A DNA stretch of 64,000 bases from an uncultured Spirochaetota bacterium (GTDB lineage: Bacteria; Spirochaetota; Spirochaetia; SZUA-6; Fen-1364). Under the pieces are notes generated by a model, which saw nothing but the letters and a program-made list of their open reading frames with translations, was not told the origin of the DNA and did no database searches. The stretch covers positions 2,144,001-2,208,000 of the forward strand of contig CAWGAA010000001.1 of NCBI GenBank assembly GCA_963820525.1, in the 5' to 3' direction. This document shows positions 44,480-53,396 of this stretch, piece after piece (within the stretch, counting starts at the first letter, position 1; each line of letters begins with the position of its first letter). The position numbers and the translations under genes are program-made.

Positions 44480-45718
44480 TTACCTCCCCGCCGCCGCCAT
44501 GGGATGGGGCTGAACGCGCTCGCCGGCTTCTCTGAGCAGCCACAGGGTCAGGCTCCTGAAGGTCTGCGACTGCGCCCAGCGGTGGTATGGCACCTTGTTC
44601 CAGCCCACGACCATTTTCCTGGTCAGGAAAGAACCGTCCGGCTTCTGCCAGCGCGAAAGAAGATCGTCGCCAACCGCCTCAATGATCTCGCGGCACCGTG
44701 GGTAGCGGTCTTCCAGCAGGAAGCAGAGGTTGAGGCACTCCGCGTAGTCGTAGAGCTCCCGCGTATGGAGCGTCATGCGGGGAGCAACCGCGAAGGGAAT
44801 GGGAAGAGAGCTCCTGTCCAGCAGGTGCGAGGTGTAGAACGCGAAACCCTTGTCGATGGCCTGCGAGCAGGAAGAGCCGCCGGTCAGCCGCTCGATCTTC
44901 GCCAGGCTCTTCAGAACGAAGCAGGTATGGAAGTTGTCGACGAAGGTCTCCGAGCCGTCCGCCGCGTAGCACCAGGAGCCGTCGGGATTCTGGCTTGCGA
45001 CGACGAAATCGACGTACTTCCGGGCGGCCGCGACGTAGTCTTCGCGGCTGAAGCGGTACCCCGCATCGGTGAGGAGAAACGCCCTGTAGGCAGTGGCGTT
45101 GACCACGTGGGAGTGGTCCTCATCGCGGGTGGTGTAGGAGCTTGCAATGCCGAGGGGGGGCAGGGGATTGTCGTGAAGGTCGCGGAAGGCGTGATCCGCT
45201 ATGGAGCGCATGATCCGAAGCTTTTCCTCGTCCCCGTCCAGCTCGTAGCCGGCGGCGAACGCCTCGTAGACGTACGGTGTCGTGGTGATGAGCGGGGTCT
45301 GGGCGGGGACGGTCCCCTTGGTCCCGACCCAATCGAAGGGATATCCCCAGCAGTAATTCCGTTCGCCGGGGCAGCGCATCCTCTTCAGCGCTTCCAGGTA
45401 GATCACACCGCGCTGGCGGTACACCTCCGCCCCCGTGGCTCGATACAGGTTGAAGAAACCCATCGCGTAATGCGCGTCGGCTATGGGAAAGCGGGATTTG
45501 CCGCGGAACAGCGCCCGGGTTGCCGGCAGGAACGAATCCAGAAGGACGAAAGGGGCAACCGCCGCGATCCCCCAGCGGTGCGCGTAGTACAGCGCCTTCG
45601 CCCTGCCGCCTCCGGAAGAAGCCCACAGATCGTACTGGTCCTGGGAAACCTCCCCGAACGAGTCGAGCCAGAGGATGAACCGGCTGATGGAGGAACGAAG
45701 CGAATCATGCGTATCCAT
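44480..45718 (-). CDS. Polysaccharide-locus (alpha/alpha)6-barrel-like protein of unknown function
   Basis: WGYPFDW, SQNPDGSWCY, DNFHTCFVL, QKPDGSF, PYHRWAQ. Coupled within the operon. The fold is inferred. Confidence 0.6.
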   Translation of the reverse strand: MDTHDSLRSSISRFILWLDSFGEVSQDQYDLWASSGGGRAKALYYAHRWGIAAVAPFVLLDSFLPATRALFRGKSRFPIADAHYAMGFFNLYRATGAEVYRQRGVIYLEALKRMRCPGERNYCWGYPFDWVGTKGTVPAQTPLITTTPYVYEAFAAGYELDGDEEKLRIMRSIADHAFRDLHDNPLPPLGIASSYTTRDEDHSHVVNATAYRAFLLTDAGYRFSREDYVAAARKYVDFVVASQNPDGSWCYAADGSETFVDNFHTCFVLKSLAKIERLTGGSSCSQAIDKGFAFYTSHLLDRSSLPIPFAVAPRMTLHTRELYDYAECLNLCFLLEDRYPRCREIIEAVGDDLLSRWQKPDGSFLTRKMVVGWNKVPYHRWAQSQTFRSLTLWLLREAGERVQPHPMAAAGR

Positions 45719-46652
45719 GCTCTTTTTCTCCTATTGCGATGTGAAAGAATTTCTCGCGCGCCCGGGACATGGTCAGAAACTCGACGTCGGCGCGCGCGCG
45801 AAGCGCCCCGATCCGGCGGGCCAGGAGCCGCGCCGCCCCCTCATCGACGCGAGCCGCCTCGTTTGCGCCGCTACGCGGATCGAGAAGCTCGTCGATGTGG
45901 AAGAAGTACGTGAGAAAGGCGGGCGCCGCCATGAAGGCCGCCTTGGAAAGGGTTGCCGCGTGGAGCGCCGAGTACACGGCGCCATTGCCTTCCAGGACGC
46001 TCGCGTAGATGGGGAACTCGATGATGCGCGAGCCTCCCCGCTTCTCGACATCCTCGGGATCCGGAAAATAGGGCGCCAGGGGCGGGCCGAACAGCCTGCC
46101 GGCTACCGAGCCGAGCCGAGCCATTGCGTGTTTCCTGCGCGCGCCCCCTCCGGAGGCGGAGACCCTGTTCGCCGCGCCCCACAGCGTGGAGGAGTCGGAG
46201 GTGAAGCCGAGCTCTTCGAGGATCGCGGGAAGCCCTCCGACATGGAGAAGGGCGCCGCTCCTGAAGCTCGCCGGCCGCGCGCCGCATTCGGCCAGCTTGT
46301 CGGCCCCGTCGGAGATCTGGGCGCGGACCCATTCCCTGTCTTTGGTCTCGTAGCCAAGCCTTCCATCCGCCCCGGTCCTCCGCCAGTGAACGTGAAGCCC
46401 GATTTCGTCGCGGGGGCGCGCGGCGAGCCGCGCCACGACCTCGGGAAACAATCGGGGGAGGTCCCTCTCCCGCTCGCGGCTCGCTTCCACGAACCAGGAG
46501 CAGGGGATTCCCTGCTGCTGGAGAAACTGTTCTAGAAGGGGCGTTGCCTTGAGCACGCCGCCGTAATCCCTTGCCGTGCCGTTTCCGTGGTCCCAGGGGC
46601 CGTGGTTCGGCTCCCAATCCACGGAAAATATGACAAAGAGCTTCTCATGCAT
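45705..46652 (-). CDS. Polysaccharide deacetylase-like (NodB/WalW-type) protein
   Basis: FSVDWEP, SWFVE, EIGLHVH, SFRSG, DSS, FFH. Confidence 0.72.
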   Translation of the reverse strand: MHEKLFVIFSVDWEPNHGPWDHGNGTARDYGGVLKATPLLEQFLQQQGIPCSWFVEASRERERDLPRLFPEVVARLAARPRDEIGLHVHWRRTGADGRLGYETKDREWVRAQISDGADKLAECGARPASFRSGALLHVGGLPAILEELGFTSDSSTLWGAANRVSASGGGARRKHAMARLGSVAGRLFGPPLAPYFPDPEDVEKRGGSRIIEFPIYASVLEGNGAVYSALHAATLSKAAFMAAPAFLTYFFHIDELLDPRSGANEAARVDEGAARLLARRIGALRARADVEFLTMSRAREKFFHIAIGEKEHGYA

Positions 46653-47818
46653 CAGCAGGCCCCCACCGCGACCCGACTTTCCATGAATTCCACCACCTTT
46701 TTCGTGTTCGACTCCCACGTCCAGCGGGAAACCCTTTCCAGCAGCCCCGCCGCCAGCCTCCGTCGAAGCGCGGGGTCGCGGGCCAGCCGCTCGATCGAGC
46801 CCGCCATCTCCTCCACCGAGCCGGGAGCGAAGAGCAGACCCGACCTGCCGTCCTCGATGATCTCCTCGATGGGAGAAAATCGCGGGGCGACGACCGCCTT
46901 TCCCATCGCCGCATATTCGAAGAGCTTGGTCGGCGAGCCGTACCATGTGGCGTTGGCAATGACGCAGACGTCCATCGCCGCGATAGAGCGGGGCACATCG
47001 CTGTAGGGCACCTTCCCCGTGGCGACAAGCCCGGGGGGCAGTCCCACGGACCCGTCCGCAGCCGAGGCGGAGAGCTCGCCCACCAGAAGGCCTTTCACTC
47101 CAGGGTCTCCGGAAGTCAGGCGGGAGAGAGCCGCGAGGAAAAGGTCCACCCGGTGCCACGCGGCCATGCTGCCCACGAATCCGACAACCGTGGCGTTTCC
47201 CAACCCGAGCTCCTCCCGCACCGCGGCGCCGTCCACCGAGGGGGAAAACATCGCCTCGTCCGCCGTCGGGTAGAGAACCAGAAGCTTTCCATCATCGAAG
47301 CCACGCCGGGCGTAATGGCGCCTCAGGGCTTCGGAGCCGAGGATCACCAGGTCCGCTCGACGGATGAGGGAGTCCTCCTGCACTACGGCATAGGGCTTCA
47401 GGATCGAAAAGTGCATGCTCACCGATTCCCTCAAGGGATCGTTGACCTCCAGCACGTGGGGAATGCCGAGAGATCGCGCAAGACGCTGCCCGCCGGAGTG
47501 GAAGGCATTGGCACGCTCGTAGAGGAAATCGGGCTTCCCCTCGGCGACGAGGCCGGCTGCCTCCCCTCGGAAGCGCCTGTCGTGGACTATCTCATAGAGG
47601 TCCCGCGCGAGCTTCGCCACGCCGGGCGGCACGCGCCGCCGCATGGTCCGATACGCCTCCTTGGCCTCCGCGGCGCCCGGCTTCTCGCTCGCCAGAAAGC
47701 GGATCACGCGGTGACCCGCGGCCTCGAAGCCCTTGATGGTCTTCGTCATGTGCGTGGCATACCCTGCGGCGTCGGTGATGCGGTTTCGCGGGTTGGAGTT
47801 GAGGTACAGGAGCGTCAT
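46652..47818 (-). CDS. GT4 glycosyltransferase
   Basis: LYER, LEVNDP, GFVGSMAAWH, YGSPTKLFEYAAMGK. Confidence 0.9.
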   Translation of the reverse strand: MTLLYLNSNPRNRITDAAGYATHMTKTIKGFEAAGHRVIRFLASEKPGAAEAKEAYRTMRRRVPPGVAKLARDLYEIVHDRRFRGEAAGLVAEGKPDFLYERANAFHSGGQRLARSLGIPHVLEVNDPLRESVSMHFSILKPYAVVQEDSLIRRADLVILGSEALRRHYARRGFDDGKLLVLYPTADEAMFSPSVDGAAVREELGLGNATVVGFVGSMAAWHRVDLFLAALSRLTSGDPGVKGLLVGELSASAADGSVGLPPGLVATGKVPYSDVPRSIAAMDVCVIANATWYGSPTKLFEYAAMGKAVVAPRFSPIEEIIEDGRSGLLFAPGSVEEMAGSIERLARDPALRRRLAAGLLERVSRWTWESNTKKVVEFMESRVAVGAC

Positions 47819-49860
47819 CGGGGCACCCCCCCGGGCTCCCCGACGGGCGATTCGGCGCAGATGAATCGGGTGCCGAGCGCGCAGGGGAGCCCACCCCGCC
47901 GCGAGATCACCAGCTTTCGGGTTTCGCGCTTGCGCCCATAGCGCTCCGAGACCCAGCCCTCCGTCACTGCCAGCTTCCAATCGCCGAGGTCGGCAAAGGA
48001 GATGAAAAGAACCGCCCCCGCGCGGGAGAGCTTCACCAATGAGGGGCCGAGACTGTCGAGCCGGCAGTCGGGATGAACGGTGAGAAAGATCTCGAAAAGA
48101 TGCTCTCCCTCTCCGGCAAAGGAATCCTCCACGGCGAGGGTGTTGGAGCCCTTGTCCAAGAGGAACTCCCTCTTGTGCACGACCGGCCGCGGGAGGCGCC
48201 GGTAGCCGTAGTGCTCAGCGGCGAGGCGGTCTGCGGTGGGTGAGCTTTTCCAGAGCGTCACGAGCGGGCGCGCGTCGTTTTCCATGGCGAAGAGAATCGA
48301 CTCGGAGAACCGGTTTATCTCCACGCCGTCCACGCGGGCCGTGTTGTGGAACGCGGTGGAGCGGAAGAGGTTCCTCCACCGCGGCGAGCCGGAGTAGATG
48401 AAGGTTCCGCTGTCTGACAGGAAGGCCGTATTCTTCCAGAAAAGCTCGAAGCTCAATGCGTCGCTGTGGGCGTGCCCGGCGTGGCGGCCGTTCATCCCGC
48501 CGTTGGCGCAGACGACGAAGACCTTCACGTCCTGGCCGCTGTGAAGGGCGTAGTACCCCGCATCGGGGAATGCCCGTGAAGAGCTGCCGGGGGGGGCGTG
48601 CGGCAGGGCGAGTGCCCGGTTCAGCCCGGCAGAGCCGAAGAGCCACACGAGGTCTTCCCCCGTCGCGAGGGCGGAGTGAGGAAGCTCCTTCCTGCCGCAG
48701 AACAGCGCAGCAGGGGCCAGGAGGTGCCTGTGATCGCGGTAGTCGGTCGGCCCCAGGGGCGTGACGCGCCCGTCATCCGCGTCGCGCGCAAGCGAGCCGG
48801 TTCCATCGGGGCGCAGATACCCTTCGAGGAACGCGGTCATTGCGTCCAGCGCGGCGACCATCCGCTTTGGGAGCGGGATTCCATTGGAGCTGCACAGAAC
48901 GCCGCAGCCCAGGAGCATCTCGAGCACCAGCCGGTGGTAGGCCGGGGCAAGCTCCCAGTGCGCCCCGTCGGGGAGCACCTGGACTTCCAGCTCGCTTTCC
49001 AGCTCCGAGAGCGCGAAGGAAAGCCATGCCTCGGGCTCGCGGCCGTCGAGCATCACCCCGAGGTAGACGAGGCCGACCAGGTCCGCCATGTAATGGTTGC
49101 CGTTCATGCGCTGGAGCCTGCCGTCCACGACCCTTCTGTCGAACTCGAGGTTGCCGCGGATGAATCGCCCATGATCGAGAAGGGAGGCGGCCAGCGCGCG
49201 CTTTCTGTCCTCGTCGAACAGGGGCGAATCTCTGAAGAAGAAATACGCCCAGAGCAGGTTGATCGCGCGGATGGCCACCTCCATGGGACAATGCCAGTTC
49301 ACGCCATAAAGGAAGGGATTCTTTTCCAGCCAATCGGAGAGCTGGTCGAGAAACTCACGGGTGTAGCGCTCGCTTCCCGTGAACAGGTACCCCTTCCCCA
49401 GCGAGATGAAGTGGTAGAAGCGCGAGAGCTCCCAGGGGACCTTGATGTCGGAACCGTCCGAAAGGTCGATCTCGGGGATGTCCTCGAAGTAGTGCCGGGG
49501 CCACGCCTTCCCGCTCTTGAAGTCCCTGTGCCAGTCGATCGTGTCGCCCAGGAAGACCTCCCCGGAGCCCAGGAGGTCGAACACATGGGCAACGGCTTTG
49601 TCGGCCTCCTCGACGGCGCGGTTCGGCGAATCGTTCCAGCGGTCGAGGAAGAGGGAAAGGAAATGCGCCCGATTGTCCCGCATGTCGCGGGCGCAGAAGA
49701 ACTCGCGGTCTTCCCTGATGCGCGCGGAGGCGGGGCGGGCCTGCGGGCGCAGCCGCATCCTCTGGGCGGCGGAAGCCCACCTGCGCTCAAGGCGCGAAAA
49801 CGCCACAGCGGCGAGCACCGGTAGCGGCGTCTGGAGAACCCGGGCGATGATCTTTTTCAT
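47815..49860 (-). CDS. Heparinase II/III family protein
   Basis: IDWHRDF, DIKVPWELSRF, GVNW..MEVAIR, GNHY, YHRL, HAHSDALSFEL, DSGTFIY, RSTAFHNT. Confidence 0.9.
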   Translation of the reverse strand: MKKIIARVLQTPLPVLAAVAFSRLERRWASAAQRMRLRPQARPASARIREDREFFCARDMRDNRAHFLSLFLDRWNDSPNRAVEEADKAVAHVFDLLGSGEVFLGDTIDWHRDFKSGKAWPRHYFEDIPEIDLSDGSDIKVPWELSRFYHFISLGKGYLFTGSERYTREFLDQLSDWLEKNPFLYGVNWHCPMEVAIRAINLLWAYFFFRDSPLFDEDRKRALAASLLDHGRFIRGNLEFDRRVVDGRLQRMNGNHYMADLVGLVYLGVMLDGREPEAWLSFALSELESELEVQVLPDGAHWELAPAYHRLVLEMLLGCGVLCSSNGIPLPKRMVAALDAMTAFLEGYLRPDGTGSLARDADDGRVTPLGPTDYRDHRHLLAPAALFCGRKELPHSALATGEDLVWLFGSAGLNRALALPHAPPGSSSRAFPDAGYYALHSGQDVKVFVVCANGGMNGRHAGHAHSDALSFELFWKNTAFLSDSGTFIYSGSPRWRNLFRSTAFHNTARVDGVEINRFSESILFAMENDARPLVTLWKSSPTADRLAAEHYGYRRLPRPVVHKREFLLDKGSNTLAVEDSFAGEGEHLFEIFLTVHPDCRLDSLGPSLVKLSRAGAVLFISFADLGDWKLAVTEGWVSERYGRKRETRKLVISRRGGLPCALGTRFICAESPVGEPGGVPR

Positions 49861-51455
49861 GGGGTGAGACGCTTCACGATCCTTTCGAAATTGTGCCGCC
49901 ACGTGAACGCTTCCATGACGGTCCTTCGGGCCGTGCGGCCCATTTCCTTCCGCCCGGCCGGATCGCGGATCAGCGAGAGGATGCCGCGGGCGAGGTCGCG
50001 GGGATCGCGCTGCTCGACGAGCACGGCGTTCAGCCCGTGCTCTAGTATCTCGGCAAGCTGGCCGACGCGCGAGGCGACGATGCCCTTTCCCATGGCCATG
50101 TACTCGAAGATCTTGGTCGGAGAGCCGAAGAAGCGGGATCCATCGGCCATGTCCTCGTGGGGCGAGACGAGGATATCGCAGGCGGCCAGGTAACGGGGGG
50201 CCTCCTCATGGCGTACGACGCCTCCGAAGGTGACGGAGTCCAGGACCCCGTCCTCCGACAGGATGCTCACCATCTTGTCCTTCAGATCTCCGTCCCCGAT
50301 GATGAGAAACCGCGCAAGCGGCTCCTCCTTGAGCACGTGCTTCACGGCGGATGCCAGGGTCAGCACGCCGTGCCATTGCCCGAATATCCCGATGAAGCCG
50401 ACGATCGGGGCGTTCTTGGGAAATGAGGCCTTTATGCGCGCCGGCTCGACGGCATCGGAGAAGCGGGCCGGGTTAACGCCGTTGGGGTTCACCACGATGC
50501 GCTCGCGCTTCACCCCCGCGCGAACCAGGCGGGAGGCAAGCTCCGCGGATACCACGGCGATGAGGTCGGCCCCGTCCAGGTTGATTCGATCCACGAGGTT
50601 CTCGATGAAAGAGCCGCGAGCCCTGCGCCGGGAAAGCCCTGCCCAGCGGGCGGAGCTGTTGTACTCCAGAACGAACGGCACCCCGGCCAGCCGCGCGAGC
50701 AGCACCCCGCTGAAGTTGTTCTGCGAGGCGCGCTGATAGAGGAACGCCGGCCGGGCGGCGCGGATCGCGGGCAGCGCCCGCAGGGCAAAGCGCAGATTGT
50801 ACTCCACCTGCGAAACGACCTGGGGGAAGTCGAAGAGCCGATGCGACGGCTGGATCACGGAGACGCGGGCCGACAACCTGTAGGCGTCCAGCCCGTCGGG
50901 CGCGAAAGCGCCGACCCGCCAGCCCGATTCGGCGGCGGCGCCGATGAACTCACGGGTATGCGTCACGGATCCCCCGGCGGAGAGCCCGAACCAGAAATCC
51001 GTCTTGAGATAGCACATCGACTTCAGGGCCCCCGGCGCAATGCCTCGACGCCGGGGATGCCGGGTGAGAACGAAGAGGATGCCCGCCACCAGCCCGAATG
51101 TCATGAATGCAAGGCCGGCCTGGAGAGCCGAAACCATGAAACGGGGAACGTCCTTGAGCAGGAACAGCGACGGCGAGAGGCGCCTGCGCCTTCCCGTCGG
51201 GTCCGTGAAACGAACCTCCCGCGCCCCGGAAAGCGCTCCGACGAGCTTCAACAGGAAGAGGTTGTGCTGGTGCTCGATGTCCCTGCAGTACAGGCTCAGG
51301 CTGTCGAGCCGCCTGCGACGCATTCCGGAGAGCGTTCGAAGGATCTTCCCCGCGGAAAGCTCCCCGCGGTCCAGGACTTCAACCTGCTCCAGGCCTCCGC
51401 CCAGCCTTCGAAGCTCCGCCGGCGGCGCCGAGCATACATTGAGTATCGCTTGCAT
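49857..51455 (-). CDS. GT4 glycosyltransferase with N-terminal extension/TM
   Basis: GGSVTH, LEYN, NPNGV, GFIGIFGQWHG, FFGSPTKIFEYMAMGK. Confidence 0.88.
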   Translation of the reverse strand: MQAILNVCSAPPAELRRLGGGLEQVEVLDRGELSAGKILRTLSGMRRRRLDSLSLYCRDIEHQHNLFLLKLVGALSGAREVRFTDPTGRRRRLSPSLFLLKDVPRFMVSALQAGLAFMTFGLVAGILFVLTRHPRRRGIAPGALKSMCYLKTDFWFGLSAGGSVTHTREFIGAAAESGWRVGAFAPDGLDAYRLSARVSVIQPSHRLFDFPQVVSQVEYNLRFALRALPAIRAARPAFLYQRASQNNFSGVLLARLAGVPFVLEYNSSARWAGLSRRRARGSFIENLVDRINLDGADLIAVVSAELASRLVRAGVKRERIVVNPNGVNPARFSDAVEPARIKASFPKNAPIVGFIGIFGQWHGVLTLASAVKHVLKEEPLARFLIIGDGDLKDKMVSILSEDGVLDSVTFGGVVRHEEAPRYLAACDILVSPHEDMADGSRFFGSPTKIFEYMAMGKGIVASRVGQLAEILEHGLNAVLVEQRDPRDLARGILSLIRDPAGRKEMGRTARRTVMEAFTWRHNFERIVKRLTP

Positions 51456-51520
51456 ATGTTTGTCGTTCCTTGGAGGCCCGTCAGGATCGGGCCTTTGCGA
51501 TCGGTTTGTTTTTTTCAAGA

Positions 51521-51560
51521 TTTTCCGCGGGGGCAGGCGAACGCCGGCTCCCGTGGAAAA
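51521..51560. other. Intergenic stem-loop just downstream of the beta-helix gene
   Basis: TTTTCCGCGGGGGC-AGGCGAACGCC-GGCTCCCGTGGAAAA imperfect inverted repeat. No U-tract follows it on the coding (-) strand. Confidence 0.55.
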
Positions 51561-51567
51561 GGGATAT

Positions 51568-53139
51568 CTATTTCACTCTCAGGCCCGTGGGCGGCGCAGG
51601 CGGCTTTATGACCGTTCCGGATTGCTCATAGGCGCCCAGCGAGTACAGCGAGCGGGCGCGGCCCGCGATGTCTACATTGAATGGGGCCCCGAGGTTGTCG
51701 CCCTGGGCAACCTGCGCGGGGGTGAGGGTCGACAGGGAGAAGGCGCTCGTGGCGGGGTGCCAGCTCTCGTCGAACCCCGTGGGAAGAACGGACATCAATG
51801 CGAGCGCCACCCCGCCGCTGAATTGAGGGTCCATGACGACATTGTTTGAGGCGACGTTGCCCGAAGAGATCGCGGCGAAACCGGAGGCCCCTTCGAGCCA
51901 GCTCACCGGGTACCAGTGCGACGGCGAGGAGGAGCTGTCGCGATAGTAGACAAGGGTGGCGAGGTTCGCGCCGTCGCGGTAGATGACGTTTCGCGAGATC
52001 GTGTTGTTGGCGCCGATGCCGATGTTGAATGCCACCGTTGGAGCATTGGAGTTGATGATGTTGCCGTAGTAGAAGATGTTGTCTCTGATGTCGTTTCCCG
52101 CGGGGATGTTGGTCCCCGCCGTGCCGTCATCCTCGATCGTGAAGGCGGAGCCCTCGTAGCCGCCCGACTCCCCGCCCATGTAGCCGGAGTGATACACGGT
52201 GTTGAAGTAGATCTTGTTGTTGTTTCCGTTGAGGATGCCGATGCCGCTGGAGCAGTCGAAGATGAGGTTGTTGAACAGGAGGTTTCCATCTGCCTGGATG
52301 CTCGAGGAACCGTCGAATTTCATGCCGAAAGACGGGCGGAACGGGCTCTCGTAGGTCATCCACTTGTATCCGGCCTGGGTGATGATGTTTCCCGTGATGG
52401 TATTGTTGGCCGATGAGACGACCATGCCGTGGTCGTTGGTCTGATAGATGTAGTTGTTTCGGACCATGCAGTTGCCCTGGTAGTACAACTCGATGGCCTT
52501 TTCCTCCGTGTGGTATATCGTGTTCCTTTCTATATCGATATACGCGGCCTTCGCAGAGCCGGTCACTTCTATTCCATACCCGCTGGCGCCCGAAGCGCCA
52601 TAGATCTCGTGGATCAGGTTGCCGATGATCTCGTCATAGGTGGAGGCGCCGTCGATGAAGACCCCGGCCGAGTTGGATTCATTTCTCATGTTTCGGATCT
52701 CGAAGCCTTCGATGTGGATGTAGCTCACGCCGTAGATGTGGAAACCCTTCCCGTATCCCGCCACTCCGCCGGTCCCGCTGGTCGTGGCTCCGCCGTCCAC
52801 GACGGCCCGCCCCGTTCCCCAGCCGGAGAGATGCCCGGAGAGCACCTTGATCAGGTTCCCGGACTGTCCGCCGCTGTAATAGTTTGTATCGAGCTGGATC
52901 GAGTTGTTCTGGAGGACGGAGCCGCCCTTTACAATGACGATGTCGCCGGCCGCTATCTTGACCCAGCCGCTGCCGGTAATGCCGAGCGTGCCCGGAACGT
53001 GCTGCCAGGCCGCGTCCGTGGAACGCCCATTGTTGGAATCGCTTCCTGCCGCGGGGTCCACATAGTACGTGGCCGCGAGGGCGGAAGCGGCGGACAGTAT
53101 GACAAGCATGATGGGAAGCGCGATTCTCCGTAAGATCAT
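51568..53139 (-). CDS. Secreted right-handed parallel beta-helix protein with C-terminal PPAPPTGLRVK tail
   Basis: Sec signal ending ALA-A. ATYYVD...GSDSNNG. Asn/Ile-rich PbH1-type repeats (NLIFD, NTVY, NIFY). D..G..R....LGAYE near the C-terminus. Confidence 0.87.
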   Translation of the reverse strand: MILRRIALPIMLVILSAASALAATYYVDPAAGSDSNNGRSTDAAWQHVPGTLGITGSGWVKIAAGDIVIVKGGSVLQNNSIQLDTNYYSGGQSGNLIKVLSGHLSGWGTGRAVVDGGATTSGTGGVAGYGKGFHIYGVSYIHIEGFEIRNMRNESNSAGVFIDGASTYDEIIGNLIHEIYGASGASGYGIEVTGSAKAAYIDIERNTIYHTEEKAIELYYQGNCMVRNNYIYQTNDHGMVVSSANNTITGNIITQAGYKWMTYESPFRPSFGMKFDGSSSIQADGNLLFNNLIFDCSSGIGILNGNNNKIYFNTVYHSGYMGGESGGYEGSAFTIEDDGTAGTNIPAGNDIRDNIFYYGNIINSNAPTVAFNIGIGANNTISRNVIYRDGANLATLVYYRDSSSSPSHWYPVSWLEGASGFAAISSGNVASNNVVMDPQFSGGVALALMSVLPTGFDESWHPATSAFSLSTLTPAQVAQGDNLGAPFNVDIAGRARSLYSLGAYEQSGTVIKPPAPPTGLRVK

Positions 53140-53177
53140 GGCACACCCCTTTCGCGGAAAGCCGTGAAAGAATTTAA

Positions 53178-53192
53178 GCATGAGATGTGCCA
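53178..53192 (-). promoter_or_regulatory. Sigma54 -24/-12 promoter internal to the polysaccharide locus
   Basis: Minus strand reads TGGCACATCTCATGC(TT), about 40 nt before ATG 53139, with an AT-rich tract upstream. Confidence 0.8.
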
Positions 53193-53345
53193 AGATCCAA
53201 TCAGCGCCATCTTTCGAATATCCATTGTCCACTATTTCCTTTTATTGTTGAAAAATAAAGCGCCCTGCAAAAAATGTCTCGAGCCTGCCCGCTTCGCCTG
53301 GGCTTCTGCACCCTCGCTCGCCGATTACATCCCTGTACTCGTTAT

Positions 53346-53363
53346 GTGTAAGCGCGATTACAC
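53346..53363. promoter_or_regulatory. Candidate enhancer (UAS) palindrome
   Basis: GTGTAA-GCGCGA-TTACAC, about 155-170 bp upstream of the sigma54 motif. Further TTAC/GTAA half-sites flank it. Confidence 0.55.
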
Positions 53364-53396
53364 GGACGTAACTCAGGGGCGGTGCAGCGGCCCGCC

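Noticed and set aside
44480..45718. Possible second ALA dehydratase (from memory, similar proteins sometimes carry that automated label)
   Set aside because: It has none of the PBGS motifs (Zn cysteines, SAKF, MVKP). It looks like a helical-barrel EPS-locus protein.
51568..51603. PEP-CTERM/sortase-type signal on the beta-helix protein
   Set aside because: No transmembrane helix or basic cluster follows the Pro-rich motif, and no exosortase is in the window. The tail matches an FN3 first strand instead.
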